Of a stretch of 64,000 nt of DNA, positions 57,821-64,000 are shown in pieces. Positions within the stretch are counted from its first letter, which is position 1. Each line of letters starts with the position of its first letter. The notes under the pieces were generated by a model, which was not told where the DNA came from, did no database searches, and saw only the letters and a list, made by a program, of their open reading frames with translations. The position numbers were made by a program, and so were the translations under genes. This DNA is from the human T2T-CHM13v2.0 reference genome, Homo sapiens, in assembly GCF_009914755.1 (NCBI RefSeq), contig NC_060939.1, one strand, 5' to 3'.

Positions 57821-60800
57821 TATTCGAATAAGTTCCATTCAAGACCATTTCTTTTGAGTCCATTCTATTTGAGTCCATTCCCTTTGATTCCATAACATTT
57901 GAGTCCATTCAATTCCATTCCTTTCGTTTCCATTCCATTTGATGCCATTCCATTCAATTCTGTTCTACTCGACTCCAATACATTCAATTCCATTCCATCC
58001 GATTCCATTACATTCTTTTCATTTCTTATCCATTTCAAGCCATTCCACTCCATTCCATTCCACTCGTTTCCTTTCCATTCGAGTCCATTCCTCTCCAGTC
58101 CATTCCGTTCAATCCATTCCATTCCAGTCCATTCCATTCGAGTCCGTTCCATTCCAGTCCATTCCATTCGAGTCAATTCCATCCCATTCGATGTCTTTCC
58201 ATAACGATCCATTCCATTCTATTCCTTTCAATTCCATTCCATTCTATTTCATTCCATTCGATTCCCTTCCATTGGACTCCTTTCCATTCGAGTGCATTCC
58301 ATTCCGTTCCATTTCTTTCCGTTCTGTACGATTCCTACCGTTCGATTTCATTTTGTTCCAGTCCATTCCTTTCGCGTCCATTCCATTCCATTTCATTCCA
58401 TTCGATTCCATTCCACTCGATTCCACTTCGTTCCATTTCATTGCATTCCATTCTATTCAACTCTATTGCCTTCCATTCCATTCCATTCGATTACATTCCA
58501 TGCGATTCCATTCGAAATCGAATCAATTACATTGCAATCCATTACAATTGAGTCCGTTTTATTCCAGTCCACTGCATTCTGGTCCATTCCATTTGATTCC
58601 ATTCCATTCTATTCCATTCCATACAGTTGCATTCCTTTGGATTCCATGCTATATATATAAATTCAATTCGAGACCATTGCTTTTGAGTCCATTCTATATG
58701 ATTCCATTCCATACAAGTCCATTACATTTGGTTCAATTCCATTCCATTCCATTCCCTTCCATTCCATTCCAGTTGATATCAATCCATTCGATTCCATTCC
58801 ATTCGAGCACATTCCATTCGAGTCCATTCCATTCGATGCCATTCCATTTGATTCTATTCCATTAGTCTCCATTCAATTCCATTAATCTCCATTCCATTCC
58901 ATTCTACTCCAACTGATTCCATTCCATTCTATTCCTTTCCATTCCATTTCATTCCATTCCATTCCATTTCATTCCATTCCATTCCATTCGCTTCCATTCC
59001 ATTCGTTTCCATTCCACTCCAGTCCATTCCATTCGTGTCCATTCCATTCCAGTCCATTCCATTTGTGTCCACTGCATTCCATTCCACTCCATTCCATATT
59101 ATTCCATTACACTCCATTCCATTCTATTACTTTCATTTCCATTCAATTCCATTCCATTTGATTCCATTACACTCGGTTTCATTCCATTTGAGTCTACTCC
59201 ATTCCATTCCATTCCATTCAGTTCCATTCCATTCTGTTCCATTCCATTCCGTTCCATTACATTCCATTCCATTCGGTACCATTCCATATTGTTCCATTCG
59301 ATTCCATTCGAATCCATTCCATTCCAGTCCATTCCATTCGATACCATTCCATTCATTTCAATTCCATTCCATTCCATTCCATTACATTCCACTTGATTCC
59401 TCTCCATTCCCTTCCACTGCATTCCGTTCGATTCCATTCCATTGCATTGCATTCCATTCCATTGGATTGCATTCCTTTCGATTCCATTCCATTCGAATCA
59501 ATTACATAGCAATCTATTACATTCGAGTCTATTCTATTCCGTTCCATTGGATTTCGTTCCAATCCATTCGATTCCATTCCATTCGATTCCATTCCATACT
59601 ATTGCATTCCATTCGATTACATTATATTCGAATAAGTTCCATTCAAGACCATTTCTTTTGAGTCCATTCTATTTGAGTCCATTCCCTTTGATTCCATAAC
59701 ATTTGAGTCCATTCAATTCCATTCCTTTCGTTTCCATTCCATTTGATGCCATTCCATTCAATTCTGTTCTACTCGACTCCAATACATTCAATTCCATTCC
59801 ATCCGATTCCATTACATTCTTTTCATTTCTTATCCATTTCAAGCCATTCCACTCCATTCCATTCCACTCGTTTCCTTTCCATTCGAGTCCATTCCTCTCC
59901 AGTCCATTCCGTTCAATCCATTCCATTCCAGTCCATTCCATTCGAGTCCGTTCCATTCCAGTCCATTCCATTCGAGTCAATTCCATCCCATTCGATGTCT
60001 TTCCATAACGATCCATTCCATTCTATTCCTTTCGATTCCATTCCATTCTATTTCATTCCATTCGATTCCCTTCCATTGGACTCCTTTCCATTCGAGTGCA
60101 TTCCATTCCGTTCCATTTCTTTCCGTTCTGTACGATTCCTACCGTTCGATTTCATTTTGTTCCAGTCCATTCTTTCACGTCCATTCCATTCCATTTCACT
60201 CCATTCGATTCCATTCCACTCGATTCCACTTCGTTCCATTTCATTGCATTCCATTCTATTCAACTCTATTGCCTTCCATTCCATTCCATTCGATTACATT
60301 CCATGCGATTCCATACGAAATCGAATCAATTACATTGCAATCCATAACTATTGAGTCCATTTTATTCCAGTCCACTGCATTCTGGTCCATTCCATTTGAT
60401 TACATTCCATTCTATTCCATTCCATACAGTTGCATTCCATTGGATTCCATTCTATATCTATAAATTCAATTCGAGACCATTGCTTTTGAGTCCATTCTAT
60501 ATGATTCCATTCCATTCAAGTCCATTACATTTGGTTCAATTCCATTCCATTCCATTCCCTTCCATTCCATTCCAGGTGATATCAATCCATTCGATTCCAT
60601 TCCATTCGAGCACATTCCATTCGAGTCCATTCAATTCGATGCCATTCCATTTGGTTCTATTCCATTAGTCTCCATTCAATTCCATTAATCTCCATTCCAT
60701 TCCATTCTACTCCAACTGATTCCATTCCATTCTATTCCTTTCCATTCCATTTCATTCCATTCCATTCCATTTCATTCCATTCCATTCCATTCCATTCCAT

Positions 60801-63800
60801 TCGCTTCCATTCCATTCGTGTCCATTCCATTCCAGTCCATTCCATTTGTGTCCACTGCATTCCATTCCACTCCATTCCATATTATTCCATTACACTCCAT
60901 TCCATTCTATTACTTTCATTTCCATTCAATTCCATTCCATTTGATTCCATTCCACTCGGTTTCATTCCATTTGAGTCCACTCCATTCCATTCCATTCCAT
61001 TCCATTCAGTTCCATTCCTTTCTGTTCCATTCCATTCCGTTCCATTGCATTCCATTCCATTCGGTACCATTCCATATTGTTCCATTCGATTCCATTCGAA
61101 TCCATTCCATTCCAGTCCATTCCATTCGATTCCATTCCATTCCTTTCAATTCCATTCCATTCCATTCCATTCCACTTGATTCCACTCCATTCCCTTCCAC
61201 TGCATTCCATTCGATTCCATTCCATTGCATTGCATTCCATTCCATTGGACTGCATTCCATTCGATTCCATTCCATTCGAATCAATTACATAGCAATCCAT
61301 TACATTCGAGTCTATTCTATTCCGTTCAATTCGATTTCGTTCCAATCCATTCGATTCCATTCCATTCGATTCCATTCCATACTATTGCATTCCATTCTAT
61401 TACATTATATTCGAATAAGTTCCATTCAAGACCATTTCTTTTGAGTCCATTCTATTTGAGTCCATTCCCTTTGATTCCATAACATTTGAGTCCATTCAAT
61501 TCCATTCCTTTCGTTTCCATTCCATTTGATGCCATTCCATTCAATTCTGTTCTACTCGACTCCAATACATTCAATTCCATTCCATCCGATTCCATTACAT
61601 TCTTTTCATTTCTTATCCATTTCAAGCCATTCCACTCCATTCCATTCCACTCGTTTCCTTTCCATTCGAGTCCATTCCTCTCCAGTCCATTCCGTTCAAT
61701 CCATTCCATTCCAGTCCATTCCATTCGAGTCCGTTCCATTCCAGTCCATTCCATTCGAGTCAATTCCATCCCATTCGATGTCTTTCCATAACGATCCATT
61801 CCATTCTATTCCTTTCAATTCCATTCCATTCTATTTCATTCCATTCGATTCCCTTCCATTGGACTCCTTTGCATTCGAGTGCATTCCATTCCGTTCCATT
61901 CCTTTCCGTTCTGTACGATTCCTACCGTTCGATTTCATTTTGTTCCAGTCCGTTCCTTTCGCGTCCATTCCATTCCATTTCACTCCATTCGATTCCATTC
62001 CACTCGATTCCACTTCGTTCCATTTCATTGCATTCCATTCTATTCAACTCTATTGCCTTCCATTCCATTCCATTCGATTACATTCCATGCGATTCCATTC
62101 GAAATCGAATCAATTACATTGCAATCCATTACTATTGAGTCCGTTTTATTCCAGTCCACTGCATTCTGGTCCATTCCATTTGATTCCATTCCATTCTATT
62201 CCATTCCATACAGTTGCATTCCATTGGATTCCATGCTATATCTATAAATTCAATTCGAGACCATTGCTTTTGAGTCCATTCTATATGATTCCATTCCATT
62301 CAAGTCCATTACATTTGGTTCAATTCCATTCCATTCCATTCCCTTCCATTCCATTCCATTTGATATCAATCCATTCGATTCCATTATATTCGAGCACATT
62401 CAATTCGAGTCCATTCCATTCGATGCCATTCCATTTGATTCTATTCCATTAGTCTCCATTCAATTCCATTAATCTCCATTCCATTCCATTCTACTCCAAC
62501 TGATTCCATTCCATTCTATTCCTTTCCATTCCATTTCATTCCATTCCATTCCATTCCATTCCATTCCATTCCATTCCATTCGTGTCCATTCCACTCCAGT
62601 CCATTCCATTCGTGTCCATTCCATTCCAGTCCGTTCCATTTGTGTCCACTGCATTCCATTCCACTCCATTCCATATTATTCCATTACACTCCCTTCCATT
62701 CTATCACTTTCATTTCCATTCAATTCCATTCCATTTGATTCCATTCCACTCGGTTTCATTCCATTTGAGTCCACTCCATTCCATTCCATTGCATTCCATT
62801 CAGTTCCATTCCATTCTGTTCCATTCCATTCCGTTCCATTACATTCCATTCCATTCGGTACCATTCCATATTGTTCCATTCGATTCCATTCGAATCCATT
62901 CCATTCTAGTCCATTCCATTCGATTCCATTCCATTCATTTCAATTCCATTCCATTCCATTCCATTACATTCCACTTGATTCCTCTCCATTCCCTTCCACT
63001 GCATTCCGTTCGATTCCATTCCATTGCATTGCATTCCATTCCATTGGATTGCATTCCATTCGATTCCATTCCATTCGAATCAATTACATAGCAATCCATT
63101 ACATTCGAGTCTATTCTCTTCCGTTCCATTCGATTTCGTTCCAATCCATTCGATTCCATTCCATTCGATTCCATTCCATACTATTGCATTCCATTCGATT
63201 ACATTATATTCGAATAAGTTCCATTCAAGACCATTTCTTTTGAGTCCATTCTATTTGAGTCCATTCCCTTTGATTCCATAACATTTGAGTCCATTCAATT
63301 CCATTCCTTTCGTTTCCATTCCATTTGATGCCATTCCATTCAATTCTGTTCTACTCGACTCCAATACATTCAATTCCATTCCATCCGATTCCATTACATT
63401 CTTTTCATTTCTTATCCATTTCAAGCCATTCCACTCCATTCCATTCCACTCGTTTCCTTTCCATTCGAGTCCATTCCTCTCCAGTCCATTCCGTTCAATC
63501 CATTCCATTCCAGTCCATTCCATTCGAGTCCGTTCCATTCCAGTCCATTCCATTCGAGTCAATTCCATTCCATTCGATGTCTTTCCATAACGATCCATTC
63601 CATTCTATTCCTTTCGATTCCATTCCATTCTATTTCATTCCATTCGATTCCCTTCCATTGGACTCCTTTCCATTCGAGTGCATTCCATTCCTTTCCATTT
63701 CTTTCCGTTCTGTACGATTCCTACCGTTCGATTTCATTTTGTTCCAGTCCATTCCTTTCGCGTCCATTCCATTCCATTTCACTCCATTCGATTCCATTCC

Positions 63801-64000
63801 ACTCGATTCCACTTCGTTCCATTTCATTGCATTCCATTCTATTCAACTCTATTGCCTTCCATTCCATTCCATTCGATTACATTCCATGCGATTCCATTCG
63901 AAATCGAATCAATTACATTGCAATCCATTACTATTGAGTCCGTTTTATTCCAGTCCACTGCTTTCTGGTCCATTCCATTTGATTCCATTCCATTCTATTC

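Larger units (their letters stand above)
1..64000 (+). repeat. Human Satellite 3 (HSat3) array of diverged (CATTC)n; C-rich strand on +; array runs off both window ends
   Basis: Seen: continuous CATTC pentamers with recurring variants (CATTCGA, CATTTGA, CAGTC, GAGTC) from first to last base, very low G on the + strand, no unique sequence and no strand switch. Established: a (CATTC)n-dominated satellite without frequent GATGAT/ATCATC motifs is HSat3 rather than HSat2. Confidence 0.97.

Noticed and set aside
145-63827. Hundreds of ORFs up to 346 aa (FHSIP-rich on +, MEWNG-rich on -)
   Set aside because: (CATTC)n has no stop codon in any frame and translates to FHSIP/MEWNG. The ORFs overlap in all frames, are frameshifted freely by 5-bp indels and show no domain or coding signal.
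1-64000. CRISPR-like array of repeats and spacers
   Set aside because: There are no unique spacers; whole 1.79 kb units repeat almost identically, and there are no cas genes or leader.
1-64000. HSat2 (chr1 ~1.8 kb repeat) identity
   Set aside because: The GATGAT/ATCATC motifs typical of HSat2 are not a feature here; long CATTC runs dominate.
1-64000. Alpha satellite, CENP-B boxes, Alu/L1 insertions or inversions
   Set aside because: No 171 bp monomer, poly-A tail, GC-rich insert or GGAAT-strand segment was seen, and the regular anchor spacing leaves no room for an insertion.

Overview
The whole 64 kb window is one uninterrupted, single-orientation array of diverged (CATTC)n/(GGAAT)n pentamer satellite, i.e. 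human/hominoid Satellite 3 (HSat3). It is organised as about 36 tandem copies of a ~1.79 kb unit (anchor spacings 1728-1809 bp, mean ~1784 bp) with one KpnI site (GGTACC) in each unit I checked. This best fits the chromosome 15 short-arm D15Z1 (HSat3A5) array; that assignment is from recalled family properties, not a database search. I see no genes, RNA genes, transposons or CRISPR arrays, and every listed ORF is a translation artefact of the pentamer (FHSIP / MEWNG). I found no evidence for a new gene-encoded system. The informative content is a nested duplication history: 5 bp pentamer, an 829 bp internal homology, the 1.79 kb unit, 3.56-3.57 kb dimers, a 7,079 bp tetramer duplication and a 17.9/21.5 kb block duplication, plus microhomology-bounded indels and mosaic units. 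Offsets come from ORF-track coordinates and by-eye reading; breakpoints are approximate.
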